The position numbers and the translations under genes were made by a program. Of a DNA stretch of 64,000 bases, positions 1 to 12,423 are shown in pieces. The notes below the pieces were generated by a model. It searched no databases and had not been told where the DNA came from. It saw only the letters and a list, made by a program, of their open reading frames with translations. Origin of the DNA: a bacterium (GTDB lineage Bacteria; UBA8248); the NCBI GenBank assembly GCA_965213685.1, contig CBDBZY010000003.1:256001-320000 (forward strand), given 5' to 3'. Positions within the stretch are counted from its first letter, which is position 1, and each line of letters starts with the position of its first letter.

Positions 1-2042
<2,042 letters not shown>

Positions 2043-2089
2043 GCGTCCCGCCGGTCGCGCGGGGCGGGGAGCGTGGGAATGACAGGAAG

Positions 2090-2926
2090 ATGACAGCGGC
2101 GCGAGTGGTGGTGAAAATCGGGGATGTCGCCTTCGGGCGGGCGGGAGCGATATGCGTCATCGCAGGCCCCTGCCTGATCGAGAGCGAGGAGCTGGTGGCG
2201 CATTGCGCGAAAAAAGTGAAAGAGGCGGTGGACGCATGTGGCGTCGGCGGGGTTTTCAAGGCTTCGTATGACAAGGCGAATCGCAGCTCGGGGAGGTCTC
2301 CCCGCGGGCCCGGCATGGATAGGGGATTGAAAATACTGGAGATGGTGAGAAGGGAGACCGGCCTGCCGGTGATGTCGGACGTGCACAGCCCGGAGGAGGC
2401 CGAGCGGGCGGCCCGCGTTCTGGACGCCATACAGATTCCCGCTTTTCTGTGCCGCCAGACGGACCTCCTCCGCGCGGCGGGACGAACCGGAAAGCCCGTG
2501 AACGTGAAAAAAGGGCAGTTCATGGCGCCCGAGGACATGAAGCATGTCGTGGGAAAGCTCGAGGAGGCGGGTTGTCGGCAAATACTTCTCACGGAGAGGG
2601 GAACGAGCTTCGGCTACCATGACCTGGTTTCCGATATGCGCGCGCTCGTGCGGATGCGCGAATCCGGCTATCCCGTCGTCTTTGACGCGACGCACAGCGT
2701 TCAGGCACCGGGCGGGCTTGGCGAAATCTCGGGAGGGGACAGGAGCATGGTTCCCCATCTCGCGCGCGCAGCGGCCGGCGTGGGCGTTGATGCGTTCTTT
2801 CTCGAATGCCACCCGAAGCCGGACGAGGCGCTCTCCGACGGTCCCAACATGGTGGACGTCGACGACCTCCAGCCCCTTCTCGCCTCTTTGCGCGCCATAG
2901 ATTTGGCGCGCCTCCGCTCCCGATAG
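2090..2926 (+). CDS. kdsA: 3-deoxy-8-phosphooctulonate (KDO8P) synthase
   Basis: IAGPC, FKASYDKANRSS, QIPAFLCRQTDL, NVKKGQF, FDATHSVQ. Confidence 0.97.
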   Translation: MTAARVVVKIGDVAFGRAGAICVIAGPCLIESEELVAHCAKKVKEAVDACGVGGVFKASYDKANRSSGRSPRGPGMDRGLKILEMVRRETGLPVMSDVHSPEEAERAARVLDAIQIPAFLCRQTDLLRAAGRTGKPVNVKKGQFMAPEDMKHVVGKLEEAGCRQILLTERGTSFGYHDLVSDMRALVRMRESGYPVVFDATHSVQAPGGLGEISGGDRSMVPHLARAAAGVGVDAFFLECHPKPDEALSDGPNMVDVDDLQPLLASLRAIDLARLRSR

Positions 2927-3345
2927 ATCGGCGCCCCCCCTGCGTCCACATATCTCGCGGGTTTTGCCCCCCCTGTGTCGCCGAGGCGTTTTTCGTCCGA
3001 CGCGCGCCCGGTTCCGGCGGGAGGCGGGAAACGGGAATTGGCGCGCCTTTCGGGTGTTTTGGTAGAATGGCGACAAATATGGTTTGCGCCGGCGCGTTCG
3101 AGAGCTCACATGAGCGCTTTGGCGGGAGAGTCCGATGCGGCGTCCGCTGTGGGCGCGCCGCCCCGGATGAAGCTGGGTCGCGGCGGGGATGGCCGGGCGG
3201 GCGTATGGGAATCGGTCGTCCTCCACCGGAAGATGCTGGATGCGGTGCTGGATGCGATGATGGACAACAGGCGGTATAAAGGATGCGGAGGGTTTTGTTG
3301 TTTGGCCCGCACCGCGGGAATGGTCGCCACCTTTAGCGGGGAGGG

Positions 3346-4185
3346 TTGATGATGGGCGTTCTGACGATCTCCAGAGAGCTCGGGAGCGGTGGTGATGGGA
3401 TAGGAAAGGTGGTCGCCCAGGAGTTGGGGTGGTCTCTCCTGGACAACGATGGATTCGCGGAGGCTGCGCAATCCTACGGGTATGTTCGGGCGGAGCTGGA
3501 GCAGGTGGACGAAAGAAAGCCCGGCTTGATCGATCGCTTCTTTCGGGACAGGCAGCTCGTGTATCTCGATATCATGCGCGCCATCGTGTATGAGTCGGCC
3601 TTGAAAAACGATTTCGTCATATTGGGGCGCGGTGCCCACATCCTCCTGGAGGGAATCGAGGGCGTCTTCCGGACGCGCATCCTAGCCCCGGAAGATTACC
3701 GGCGGCGCACGCTCGTGAAGAACGAGGGGGTTACGCCGTCGATGGCGGAGCAGTTTATCCATCACAACGATCATGAAAGAATGGCGTATACGCGCCATTT
3801 CTTTGACGTCCGATGGGGAGAGCCGAGCCATTTTGACCTGATGTTGAATACGGGATTGTTTCATGAGGACATGGCGACGCGGCTGCTGGTGAACATCATG
3901 AAAGAGGAGAAATTCTTGTGCCTGCAGCCGTCGGAGTCCCAAAAGCTCCGGAACCTGGCGTTCGGGCAGAAGATCAAGGCGACGATCATGACGGACGAGC
4001 GGATTGACGCGAGCGGCATCGTCGTGGAGTGTCCCGAGCCCGGCAGGTTGTTGCTGCACGGGCGCGTCAACAGCGACGAGGAGAAGGAGTTGGCGGAATC
4101 CATCGCCAGGGGATACGCCGGCGTCCGGGAATTGCAAAGCGAACTGGTTGTGATGCCCCCTATCGAGGGATGGTATCCCGTATGA
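3346..4185 (+). CDS. cytidylate kinase-like family protein with C-terminal BON domain
   Basis: TISRELGSGG P-loop-like start, VILGRGA, DLMLNT; C-terminal LHGRVNS...AESIARGYAGVRELQSELVV resembles BON. Confidence 0.75.
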   Translation: MMMGVLTISRELGSGGDGIGKVVAQELGWSLLDNDGFAEAAQSYGYVRAELEQVDERKPGLIDRFFRDRQLVYLDIMRAIVYESALKNDFVILGRGAHILLEGIEGVFRTRILAPEDYRRRTLVKNEGVTPSMAEQFIHHNDHERMAYTRHFFDVRWGEPSHFDLMLNTGLFHEDMATRLLVNIMKEEKFLCLQPSESQKLRNLAFGQKIKATIMTDERIDASGIVVECPEPGRLLLHGRVNSDEEKELAESIARGYAGVRELQSELVVMPPIEGWYPV

Positions 4186-4811
4186 GCCGGACAAATGCGC
4201 TGCGAGCCAGGCTGCTGCCTGAAAAGCGCCCCGCATTCCGGGCGTGCCTCGCTTGCGGTCTTGCGATGTTGGTTTCCGGTTGTGGCCTCGTCGTGCACCA
4301 GGCCCTCTACGAGAAGGACAGGGAGCAGACCCAAAAGGAGGTGAACGCGATCCGCAGCCAGCTGCTCGCCCACACGCAAATACTGGCGAATCACGGCAAA
4401 TCGGTGAACGAGTTCAAGTTGCAGCTGCGCGACGCGGTGATGGACGTCAAAAAGAAGGTGGCGGCCTTGCAAGCCGCACCCGGGCGCGTGGCGGCACCCC
4501 CGAAGCGGACGCAAAAAAAGGAGCCGGCCAGCGGGCCCGCCAGCCGGGGCGGGGCGTCCGGAGAGACGAGATATGTTCGCCGCACATACCAGGGCATCCC
4601 GCTCAACTACGCGGGCGGCTATCGCGAGCCGCGCGGTGCGCGCTATCCATACAGACTGGCCCCGGGCACGCGCATGGCCGTCCTCTCCCGGGACAGGCGC
4701 GGCTTCACCAGGGTACAGGTGCAGTCCGGACGTTGGAAGGGAAAGAAAATGTGGGTGCGCACGCGCTGGCTGACGGAACGGGCGCCCGGGAGCGGACGCG
4801 GGGAGAGTTGA
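4182..4811 (+). CDS. hypothetical lipoprotein (coiled coil, linker, SH3b-like C-terminus)
   Basis: ATGA overlap with upstream stop; lipobox-like LVSGC; LAPGTRMAVLS...FTRVQV...MWVRTRWL resembles SH3b. Confidence 0.55.
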   Translation: MSRTNALRARLLPEKRPAFRACLACGLAMLVSGCGLVVHQALYEKDREQTQKEVNAIRSQLLAHTQILANHGKSVNEFKLQLRDAVMDVKKKVAALQAAPGRVAAPPKRTQKKEPASGPASRGGASGETRYVRRTYQGIPLNYAGGYREPRGARYPYRLAPGTRMAVLSRDRRGFTRVQVQSGRWKGKKMWVRTRWLTERAPGSGRGES

Positions 4812-4815
4812 TTTT

Positions 4816-5958
4816 CTAGATGTTTGCGAGGCCTTCGACGAGGTCGTCTCTCAAAACCTCGAAATCCTCGAGTCCAACGGAATATCGAATCAATTCCGCC
4901 GACACCCCGCGACTTTTCGCCCCCTCCATCCCGATATCCGCATACGCCATCCGGGCGTGGTGCTCCACCTGGCTTTCCGTGCCCCCGAAGCCCGGAGCGA
5001 GGACAGGAATTTGGAGCGCGTCCACGAGCGCGCCCGCCTTCTCCGGGCCGCCGTCGAGCTCGAAGCTGAGGAGCCCGCCGAAAGCGTCCATATATCGCGC
5101 GGCCTGGGCGTGATCCGGGTGAGAGGCGAGGCCCGGGTAATGAACGCGGGATACTTGGGGTTGGGCGGAAAGAAACTCCGCCAGCCGCAGCGCCGTTTCG
5201 CTCATGCGTCGGACGCGCAACTCGAGCGTCTTTAGTCCGCGCTCGACCAGGAACGCCTCCTGCGGCCCCAGAATCGAACCGAGCAGCGTCTGTTGCTCGC
5301 GCAGGGCGTTGACCATCTCCTGGCGGCCGGAAACCGCGCCTGCGATGACGTCGTTGTGCCCGCCGATATATTTCGTCGCGCTCTGAATCGCCAGATCGGC
5401 CCCCCGCTCCAGCGGGCGAAGCAGGGCGGGGGACGCGATGGTGGAGTCCACGATGAGCAGGGCGCCGCGCTTGCGGGCCCATTCGGCCATTTGCTCGATG
5501 TTCGGCGTTCGCAACGTGGGGTTGGAGGGCACTTCCGCAAACAACACCCGAACCCGGGCGTCGGAGATCGCCTCCAGGGATGCGGCCGCATGATCCGGCA
5601 GGATGTCGACGCGCACGCCGTAGCGTGAAAGGAGACCCTCCACGATGTCCCTCGTGTGCCGATAGGATTCCCGAGGGATGACCATTCGCGCCCCGGGTGC
5701 CAGGAGAGAGAGGAATACGGAGGCGACCGCCGCCATGCCGCTGGAATACAACAGGGAGGCTTCCGCCCCTTCCATGAGGGCGAGCCTGCGTTCGGCGGCT
5801 TCGTTTGTCGGGTTGCCGACTCGCGAATAGAAAAACCCCCCCCTCTCGCCGCGATGGAAGCTGTCCAGGTCGGCCGAGCTCCCGAAGGTGAAGGTGGCGG
5901 TCTGGAAAATGGGCGGTGCGAGCGCGTTTTCGGCCTGGCGGCGATCGGCTCTCCTCAT
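4816..5958 (-). CDS. Cys/Met metabolism PLP-dependent enzyme (cystathionine gamma-synthase-like)
   Basis: PIFQTATF, YSRVGNPT, SSGMAA, SATKYIGGHND, LIRYSVGLED; start uncertain. Confidence 0.9.
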   Translation of the reverse strand: MRRADRRQAENALAPPIFQTATFTFGSSADLDSFHRGERGGFFYSRVGNPTNEAAERRLALMEGAEASLLYSSGMAAVASVFLSLLAPGARMVIPRESYRHTRDIVEGLLSRYGVRVDILPDHAAASLEAISDARVRVLFAEVPSNPTLRTPNIEQMAEWARKRGALLIVDSTIASPALLRPLERGADLAIQSATKYIGGHNDVIAGAVSGRQEMVNALREQQTLLGSILGPQEAFLVERGLKTLELRVRRMSETALRLAEFLSAQPQVSRVHYPGLASHPDHAQAARYMDAFGGLLSFELDGGPEKAGALVDALQIPVLAPGFGGTESQVEHHARMAYADIGMEGAKSRGVSAELIRYSVGLEDFEVLRDDLVEGLANI

Positions 5959-6028
5959 TTTTTTCGACAACGTGGCGCGTCTCCCGGTTCGTGGATGCGG
6001 CGGGAAAGGGGAAGCCGAGCGGCGAAGA

Positions 6029-7372
6029 CTACTTGCAGGACAATGCCCCCAGCGTTTTCTCGACGGCCTCCTGGACGGCGTGGATATCATCGGGAAGTTC
6101 GACGGGGGCGTTGGCGAAGCGGCTGTCGATGCCCGGAATGTCCTTTTGGTGATAACGGACCTTGAATTCGGTAAATTTCAGCCCATGGGCCGTCGAGATG
6201 ATCACGACGCGATCCCGGGGATGGACTTCTCCGCGCGCGACGATTTTTTCCAGAGCGGCCAGCGCCACGCCGGTTTGCGGGCAGTTATACATCCCCGTCC
6301 TGTCGGCCCGGGCGGCCGCGTTGGACAACTCCTCCTCGCTCGCCTGCTCGACGGAGCCCTCGAATGTCTTGAGGGTACGGATGGCCCTCTCGACGCTCAC
6401 CGGATTCCCGATCTGGATGGCTGTCGCCAGCGTGGGCTCGGCGTCTATGGGATGAAATTCCCGGAAGCCGGTCATATAGCTTCGGTACAGGGGGTTGGCC
6501 TTCTCCGTCTGGGCGCAAACGACGCGCGGGAGCTTGTCAATCAACCCCAGGTCGCGCATCTGCAGGAAACCCTTTCCCAGTGCGCTCACGTTCCCCAGGT
6601 TTCCGCCCGGAATGATGATGAGGTCGGGAACCTCCCAGCCGAACTGCTGGACGAGTTCGATGCTGATGGTTTTCTGCCCTTCGATGCGAAGGGAGTTCAT
6701 GCTGTTGGCGAGGTATATTCCCTGCTCTTCGCACACTTGCCGGACGATGCGCATACAGCCGTCAAAATCGGTGTCGATGGCCATCACCAGCGCGCCGTTC
6801 GCGATGGGCTGAATCAGCTGCGCCACGGACACCTTCTCGCGCGGCAGAAAAACGATGGCGGGGATGTCGGCCGCGGCGGCATACGCGGCGAGTGCGGCGG
6901 AGGTGTCGCCCGTCGATGCGCAGGCGAGTGCGCGAAGCTTTTTCCCGTCGGCCATCATCTGCCGGGCGGCGGACACCAGGACCGTCATGCCGAGGTCCTT
7001 GAAAGAGCCCGTGTGGCTGTTTCCGCATTGCTTGATCCACAACTCGCCGATTCCGAGCTCCCGCCCCAGGCGATTCGCCCAAAAAAGGTTTGTCCCGCCC
7101 TCGTAGAAGGAGATGATGTTTTCCGCGTGGATCAGCGGGCAAACCCATTCCTTCTTCCCCCAGACGCCGCTGCCATACGGCCAGGTGTTGCGCTGGTAGC
7201 GGTCGTCGAACAGATGGCGCCACTCGGATGCGCTGCGCATTCGCAGGGTTTCCAGATCGTGCGTGACCTCGAGGAGACCCCCGCATTCGCGGCATTGATA
7301 TACGGAGTCGAAGATGGAATAGGTCGCCCCGCATTCCGGGTGGATACATTGGAACCAGCAGTTGCAATCCAT
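6029..7372 (-). CDS. thrC: threonine synthase
   Basis: [52 protein letters not shown]. Confidence 0.95.
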   Translation of the reverse strand: MDCNCWFQCIHPECGATYSIFDSVYQCRECGGLLEVTHDLETLRMRSASEWRHLFDDRYQRNTWPYGSGVWGKKEWVCPLIHAENIISFYEGGTNLFWANRLGRELGIGELWIKQCGNSHTGSFKDLGMTVLVSAARQMMADGKKLRALACASTGDTSAALAAYAAAADIPAIVFLPREKVSVAQLIQPIANGALVMAIDTDFDGCMRIVRQVCEEQGIYLANSMNSLRIEGQKTISIELVQQFGWEVPDLIIIPGGNLGNVSALGKGFLQMRDLGLIDKLPRVVCAQTEKANPLYRSYMTGFREFHPIDAEPTLATAIQIGNPVSVERAIRTLKTFEGSVEQASEEELSNAAARADRTGMYNCPQTGVALAALEKIVARGEVHPRDRVVIISTAHGLKFTEFKVRYHQKDIPGIDSRFANAPVELPDDIHAVQEAVEKTLGALSCK

Positions 7373-7505
7373 ATCTTCCCCAAGAGCGAAGGGCGAGGCC
7401 CGGCGTCGCCCGAAGGAAGCGGAATTATCGCAGGGGCACCCCCGGGCCGCAAATCGGCGGACGCCCCGCGCGGTGCGCCATGCCGGGGCGTTGCGCGCCT
7501 CAGGC

Positions 7506-8762
7506 CTAGGTGGCGGCGGGCTGAACGATGCGCACCTCTTTTTCGTTGATGAAACTGACGATCACGGCCGCCTGGAAGCAGAGGTAGGCGGCCAGGGCGA
7601 ACGCGAGGTCGTAGCTGCCGGTCACGTCATAGATGTATCCGCTCAGCCAGGCGCTCAGGCCCGAGCCGAGCTGGTGGCTGAACGTGATGAGGCCAAACAA
7701 TATCGCCACGTTTCTGGCGCCGAAGAAATCTCCCGTCAACGCCGAGGTAAGGGGGACGGTCGCTATCCAGGAGAGGCCGATTATCATGGGCGTCGCCCAG
7801 ACGGTGAAATCGTTTTTGAAAAAGATGAACAGAATGAATCCGAGGCCCCGGAAGGCGTAGATCATGCCCAGTGGAATTTTTCTGCCGATTTTGTCCGACA
7901 GCGGGCCCACGGCCAGAACGCCCACGGTGTTGAGGCCGCCGCCCAGTGCGAAGGAGGTGGCGGCGACGGCGGCGGAGAACCCCACGTCCGTCGCAAACGG
8001 CACCCAGTGGACGGAAACGACGGTCACGGTGAAGCCGCAGGTGAAGAAACTGGTGAGCAACAGCAGAAACGGCGCCTTGTGGAGACACTCTATCCAGGGC
8101 AAGTCATAGGGAACGACCATCTGGATGTGCTTGCCGAAGGTCGTCGCCTTCCGCTGGGTTTCTTGGGCCCCGGGAGAATTCTTGACGACGAACACCGAGA
8201 TGGGGATCAGGGTGAACAGGAAGATGACGCCGATGACGAGCGAGGTCGTTCTCCAGTCCAGAAAGCCGATGAGATACGCGAAGAGGGGGAGCAGCATGAG
8301 TTGCCCCATGCTTGACCCGGCGCTGACGATGGACATGCCCAGCCCGCGCCTGTCCGGAAACCAGCTCGACACCAGCGGGGTATAGGCCGTCACGCTGTTC
8401 CCGATCCCCCCGACGCCCAGCAGGATGCCGAAAAACAGGTACACGCCCCACAGGGAGTGCACCTGGTGGATTCCCAGCATGGAGATCGTCGTGAGGACCG
8501 ACCCCCAGATGATGATCGTCTTGGGCCCCCAGCGCCGCATCATCAGGCCGCCCAGCGGCTGGGACGCTCCGTAGAGGATGAGGCAAAGGGAAAAGGGGAG
8601 GGACAACGCGGCGCGGCTCAGGTTGAAATCCGCGATCATCGGCTTCAGGAAGAGGCCAAAGGAGTTTCTGGTGGCCAGCCCTAGGAACATCATCGTGAAG
8701 CAGCCGGCGAGGATGAACCAGCCGTAGTATATCCTGGGTGGGGAAGTGTTTTCTTCGCTCAC
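7506..8762 (-). CDS. MFS transporter
   Basis: About 12 hydrophobic segments, YYGW start motif, [20 protein letters not shown]; GGAGGT RBS before GTG 8762. Confidence 0.9.
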   Translation of the reverse strand: MSEENTSPPRIYYGWFILAGCFTMMFLGLATRNSFGLFLKPMIADFNLSRAALSLPFSLCLILYGASQPLGGLMMRRWGPKTIIIWGSVLTTISMLGIHQVHSLWGVYLFFGILLGVGGIGNSVTAYTPLVSSWFPDRRGLGMSIVSAGSSMGQLMLLPLFAYLIGFLDWRTTSLVIGVIFLFTLIPISVFVVKNSPGAQETQRKATTFGKHIQMVVPYDLPWIECLHKAPFLLLLTSFFTCGFTVTVVSVHWVPFATDVGFSAAVAATSFALGGGLNTVGVLAVGPLSDKIGRKIPLGMIYAFRGLGFILFIFFKNDFTVWATPMIIGLSWIATVPLTSALTGDFFGARNVAILFGLITFSHQLGSGLSAWLSGYIYDVTGSYDLAFALAAYLCFQAAVIVSFINEKEVRIVQPAAT

Positions 8763-8898
8763 GGGCACCTCCGTGATGTTTTCAAGTGTCGGGAATTTCC
8801 GGTTTGTCCCGCATCTTATACCACGAAACGGGCGCATGACACGCACCCGGGGCGCGTTTCCCCCGGAATGGCCCGGAATGGGCGGAGCGATTCCTATT

Positions 8899-8977
8899 GT
8901 TTTTCAGAATGTGATACAGATGTGGGGAATCGCGAGGAGGGCACCCCTGCATGAAGCGTGTGGAAGCGCGGGATTTG
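8899..8977 (+). repeat. copy 1 of ~75 bp imperfect direct repeat (aminotransferase promoter/RBS/first codons)
   Basis: GTTTTTCAGAATGTGATACAG...GGGAATCGCGAGGAGGG...CCTGCATG(A/G)AGCGT(G/A)TGGAAGCGC recurs at 9609-9680. Confidence 0.95.
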
Positions 8978-8986
8978 GTGGAATGA
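8951..8986 (+). CDS. putative 11-aa leader peptide MKRVEARDLVE (degenerate aminotransferase N-terminus)
   Basis: GAGGAGG RBS upstream; TGA overlaps ATG of the DUF4145 gene (ATGA). Confidence 0.45.
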   Translation: MKRVEARDLVE

Positions 8987-9609
8987 GCGTGTTTCCGGCC
9001 GATTGCCCGCGCTGTGGCGTCAAGCGCGTGGCGTTCACGGTAAAAGGTGAGTGGCGATACGAGGAATATCCGCCGCGGTGGGATACACTTGCCGTCTGCG
9101 GCCATTGCCGGCGCGGGATCGTGGCGACATTCGAGGTGGTGCTTGCTTCGGACTCTCCGATGGAAACCAGGACGCTCTCCAGCGAGTCATATCGTCTTTT
9201 GGCGATTGCTCCCAAACCGCCCGGCACCCGTGCGCCGCCTCATACGCCCGACACCGTCGCCGAATTCTTCAGGCAGGGTGCGGACAATCTGCCACGGAAC
9301 CCGGACGCCGCCGGTGCCATGTTCCGCAAGGCGCTCGAAGTCGGCCTGAAGGATAAATATCCGGCGCTCGAGGGCAGCTTGAAAAAGCGCATCGACAAGG
9401 CGGCGGCGGACGACTATTTGACGCGCGATCTGGCGGATTGGGCGAATCAGATACGGCTCGACGGCAACGAGGCCGTTCACGGCGAGGCTCCGCTCTCCCG
9501 GGAAGATGCGTCCCGCCTGCATGAATTTACCAAACTCGTATTTTGGTATCTGTTCACCTTGCCCGGCAGGTTGGAAAAGGCGCGTGGCACCGCTGCGGGT
9601 CAAGGGTAG
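8983..9609 (+). CDS. DUF4145 (HEPN-like) domain protein with N-terminal Zn ribbon
   Basis: CPRC...CGHC; AAGAMFRKALE, SLKKRID, IRLDGNEAVH. Confidence 0.8.
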   Translation: MSVFPADCPRCGVKRVAFTVKGEWRYEEYPPRWDTLAVCGHCRRGIVATFEVVLASDSPMETRTLSSESYRLLAIAPKPPGTRAPPHTPDTVAEFFRQGADNLPRNPDAAGAMFRKALEVGLKDKYPALEGSLKKRIDKAAADDYLTRDLADWANQIRLDGNEAVHGEAPLSREDASRLHEFTKLVFWYLFTLPGRLEKARGTAAGQG

Positions 9610-9680
9610 TTTTTCAGAATGTGATACAGGGGAATCGCGAGGAGGGTGCCTGCATGGAGCGTATGGAAGCGCCGAATTTC
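9609..9680 (+). repeat. copy 2 of imperfect direct repeat
   Basis: Matches 8899-8977; begins at the DUF4145 stop codon. Confidence 0.95.
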
Positions 9681-11000
9681 CTGGTTCCCCATCCCGGCCC
9701 CAGGACGCGGGCGGAACTCGCGCGCCTCCGGAATGCGGAAAGCCGCGCGGCGCTCAGCTTCGGCATGAGCCCGGAGACCGTCGTGGCGGAGCGGGCGCGG
9801 GGTGCGGTGATCGAGGATGTCGACGGCAACCTGTTCCTGGATTTTGTCGCCGGATTCGGTTCCCTGAACGCGGGCCACTGCCACCCCGGGGTTGTCTCGG
9901 CGATGCAGGCGCAGGCGGAGAAAGTCCACCAGGCTATGTCGCTGGGCTCCAGCGTGAGAAACCGGTTTCTGGAGAAGGTTCTCTCGCTGCATTCCGGGGC
10001 CGCGCCCAAAAGCGCGATTCTCGGCTCCTCGGGAAGCGAGGCTGCCGAGATCGCCCTGAAGATGGCCCGCCGGGCGACGGGGCGGGATGAAATCGTCGGC
10101 TTCACGGGCGGGTTTCATGGAAGAACCCTGGGCGCCCTGGCGCTGATGGGCAGAAAAAACCAGCGCGAGGGGCTGGGAGCGCTGGTTCCGGGGGTGCACC
10201 ACGTCCCCTATCCCTATCCGTATCGAAACCCCTTCGGCGATGGCGCGGAGAAATGCGCGGAGGGAACGATTCGCTACATCGACGAGTTTCTATCGAATCC
10301 GGTGAGCGGCTGGGGCGACGTGGCGGCCGTCATCATGGAGCCGGTACAGGGAAACGGCGGCATGATTCCGGCCCCCATCGGATTCTTGCAGGCGCTTCGG
10401 GAGGTGTGCGATCGCCACGGGGTGCTGCTCATCTTCGATGAGGTGATGAGCGGATTCTGCCGCACGGGAAGGATGTTCGCCTACCAGCATGAGGACGTGG
10501 AGCCCGATCTCGTCGTGATGGGCAAGTCGATTTCCGGGGGGTTGCCCCTGGCCGCCTGCGTCGCGAAAAAAGAGATTGCGGACGCCTCGGCCCCCGGAAC
10601 CGAGAGCAGCACCTATGCGGGAAACGTCATGGCGTGCGCCGCCGGGCTGGCGTCGATTGCGGTCTACGAGGAGGAGAACCTCGCCGCGCGCTCCCTGGAG
10701 ATGGGCGCGTATTTCCTGCGAAGGCTGGAGGAGCTGGCGGAGCGGCATTCCATCGTCGGCGAAGTGCGCGGGCGGGGGTTGATGGTGGCCGTCGAGCTGG
10801 TTGCCGATCGCGCGACGCGCGCGCCCTTGTCCGTCGCCAAAAAAGCGAGCGAGGCGGCTTTGAAGCGGGGCCTTCTCCTCTATCCGGGGGGGCATCATGC
10901 GAACGTTCTGGCGTTTTTGCCTCCGCTGATCGTCGAGAGGCACCAGATTGACGCGGCCGTTGGCGTCGTGGATGAGGTGTTGCTCGGGATGGGCGCGTGA
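9654..11000 (+). CDS. class III PLP aminotransferase (4-aminobutyrate aminotransferase-like)
   Basis: DVDGNLFLDF, GGFHGRT, EPVQGNGG, FDEVMSGFCRTG, MGKSISGG, STYAGN. Confidence 0.9.
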   Translation: MERMEAPNFLVPHPGPRTRAELARLRNAESRAALSFGMSPETVVAERARGAVIEDVDGNLFLDFVAGFGSLNAGHCHPGVVSAMQAQAEKVHQAMSLGSSVRNRFLEKVLSLHSGAAPKSAILGSSGSEAAEIALKMARRATGRDEIVGFTGGFHGRTLGALALMGRKNQREGLGALVPGVHHVPYPYPYRNPFGDGAEKCAEGTIRYIDEFLSNPVSGWGDVAAVIMEPVQGNGGMIPAPIGFLQALREVCDRHGVLLIFDEVMSGFCRTGRMFAYQHEDVEPDLVVMGKSISGGLPLAACVAKKEIADASAPGTESSTYAGNVMACAAGLASIAVYEEENLAARSLEMGAYFLRRLEELAERHSIVGEVRGRGLMVAVELVADRATRAPLSVAKKASEAALKRGLLLYPGGHHANVLAFLPPLIVERHQIDAAVGVVDEVLLGMGA

Positions 11001-11088
11001 GGGACGCCATCCGCCTGGCAATGCGATGCTTCCTTTTGTGCTAATATCGTGGAGAAGACGTTCATCTTGCCGCTGCCTGGAGGACGGA

Positions 11089-12423
11089 ATGCGGAGGCGG
11101 AGAAAGTTTCCACGGAGGGCGCATCTGGTGCTCCCGCTCCTGTTGGCGGCGATGGGCGCGGTGCTGGCCGTATTCCACGCCGCCGCCGCGCAGAAGTCGC
11201 CTCCCGTCGTGGTGTTGGACGTGGCCGACGCCATATCGCCCGGAACCTCGGAGTACATCGCTTTCGGCATCGAGGAAGCCGCCCGAAAAAAGGCGCAGCT
11301 CCTGGTCATTCGCCTCGATACCCCCGGCGGCCTGGTCACCAGCACGCGGGATATCGTGAAATCCATTTTCGGCTCGGACGTGCCCGTGGCGGTGTATGTC
11401 GCTCCGGGAGGGGCGCGGGCCGCATCCGCCGGCACGTTCATCACCATGTCGGCGCACATCGCCGCCATGGCACCGGGCACCAACATCGGGGCCGCATCTC
11501 CCGTTTCGGGCGGGGGAAAGCAGATTCAGGGCGACATGCGCAAAAAGGCGATGAACGACGTGGCCGCCTTCGCGCGGGCGGTGGCCTCCCGCACGGGGCG
11601 CAACACCGAGTGGGCGGAGAGCGCGGTTCGCGAGGCGGTGTCCGTGGATGAGGCCGAGGCGCTCCGGCAGAAGGTGATCGACCTGGTGGCCGCGGACGTC
11701 AGGTCCCTTCTTCTGGCGGTTCACGGCAGAAAGATAAAACTCGCCAGCGGCGCCACCGTCACCCTGGCGACGAGGGGCGCCGCGCAGATCGTGCTGGAGC
11801 GCAGCTGGCGCCAAAGGGTGCTCACCCTTCTGAGCGACCCCAACATCGCCTATATCCTGATGCTTCTGGGCATGTACGGGCTGTTCTTCGAGCTGTCGAA
11901 CCCGGGCGCCATCCTGCCGGGCGTGGTGGGCGCCATCAGTCTCCTCCTCGCGCTGTACGCCCTGAAAGTCCTGCCGGTGAACTATGTGGGACTTCTCCTG
12001 ATGGGACTTGCCGTCATCATGTTTCTCCTGGAAATCCAGGTCGTGAGCTATGGGGGGCTCACCATCGGCGGAATCATCGCCATGACGCTCGGCTCGGTCA
12101 TGCTCATCGATTCTCCGGACCCCTATCTGCAAATCAGCCTCAAGGTCATTCTCCCCGCGGTCGCCGGAACGGCCATGTTCTTCGTCTGGCTCGTGGGGAT
12201 GGGCTTCCGCGCCCAGCGGAGGCGGGCGGTTTCGGGCTCCGAGGGAATGCTGGCGCAATCGGGAATCGTGAGCGTCTCGCCCGGGGGAGGCGCGCCGGCC
12301 AAGATTCGGGTGCGCGGCGAAATATGGCTGGCGGACTCCGAGGAGCCTCTGCAGGTCGGCGACAGGGTGCGCGTCGTTTCGGTGGAGGGCCTCAGGCTCC
12401 GCGTCGAGAAGGAGGGTGGATAG
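11089..12423 (+). CDS. nfeD: NfeD family membrane-bound serine protease
   Basis: LDTPGGL, AASAGTFI, AMAPGTNIGAA, C-terminal VRGEIW OB fold; adjacent SPFH gene. Confidence 0.93.
   Translation: MRRRRKFPRRAHLVLPLLLAAMGAVLAVFHAAAAQKSPPVVVLDVADAISPGTSEYIAFGIEEAARKKAQLLVIRLDTPGGLVTSTRDIVKSIFGSDVPVAVYVAPGGARAASAGTFITMSAHIAAMAPGTNIGAASPVSGGGKQIQGDMRKKAMNDVAAFARAVASRTGRNTEWAESAVREAVSVDEAEALRQKVIDLVAADVRSLLLAVHGRKIKLASGATVTLATRGAAQIVLERSWRQRVLTLLSDPNIAYILMLLGMYGLFFELSNPGAILPGVVGAISLLLALYALKVLPVNYVGLLLMGLAVIMFLLEIQVVSYGGLTIGGIIAMTLGSVMLIDSPDPYLQISLKVILPAVAGTAMFFVWLVGMGFRAQRRRAVSGSEGMLAQSGIVSVSPGGGAPAKIRVRGEIWLADSEEPLQVGDRVRVVSVEGLRLRVEKEGG

Noticed and set aside
7405-7425. SRP RNA-like GAAGGAAGC motif
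   Set aside because: Lacks the surrounding CAGG...GCAGC helix and a long hairpin
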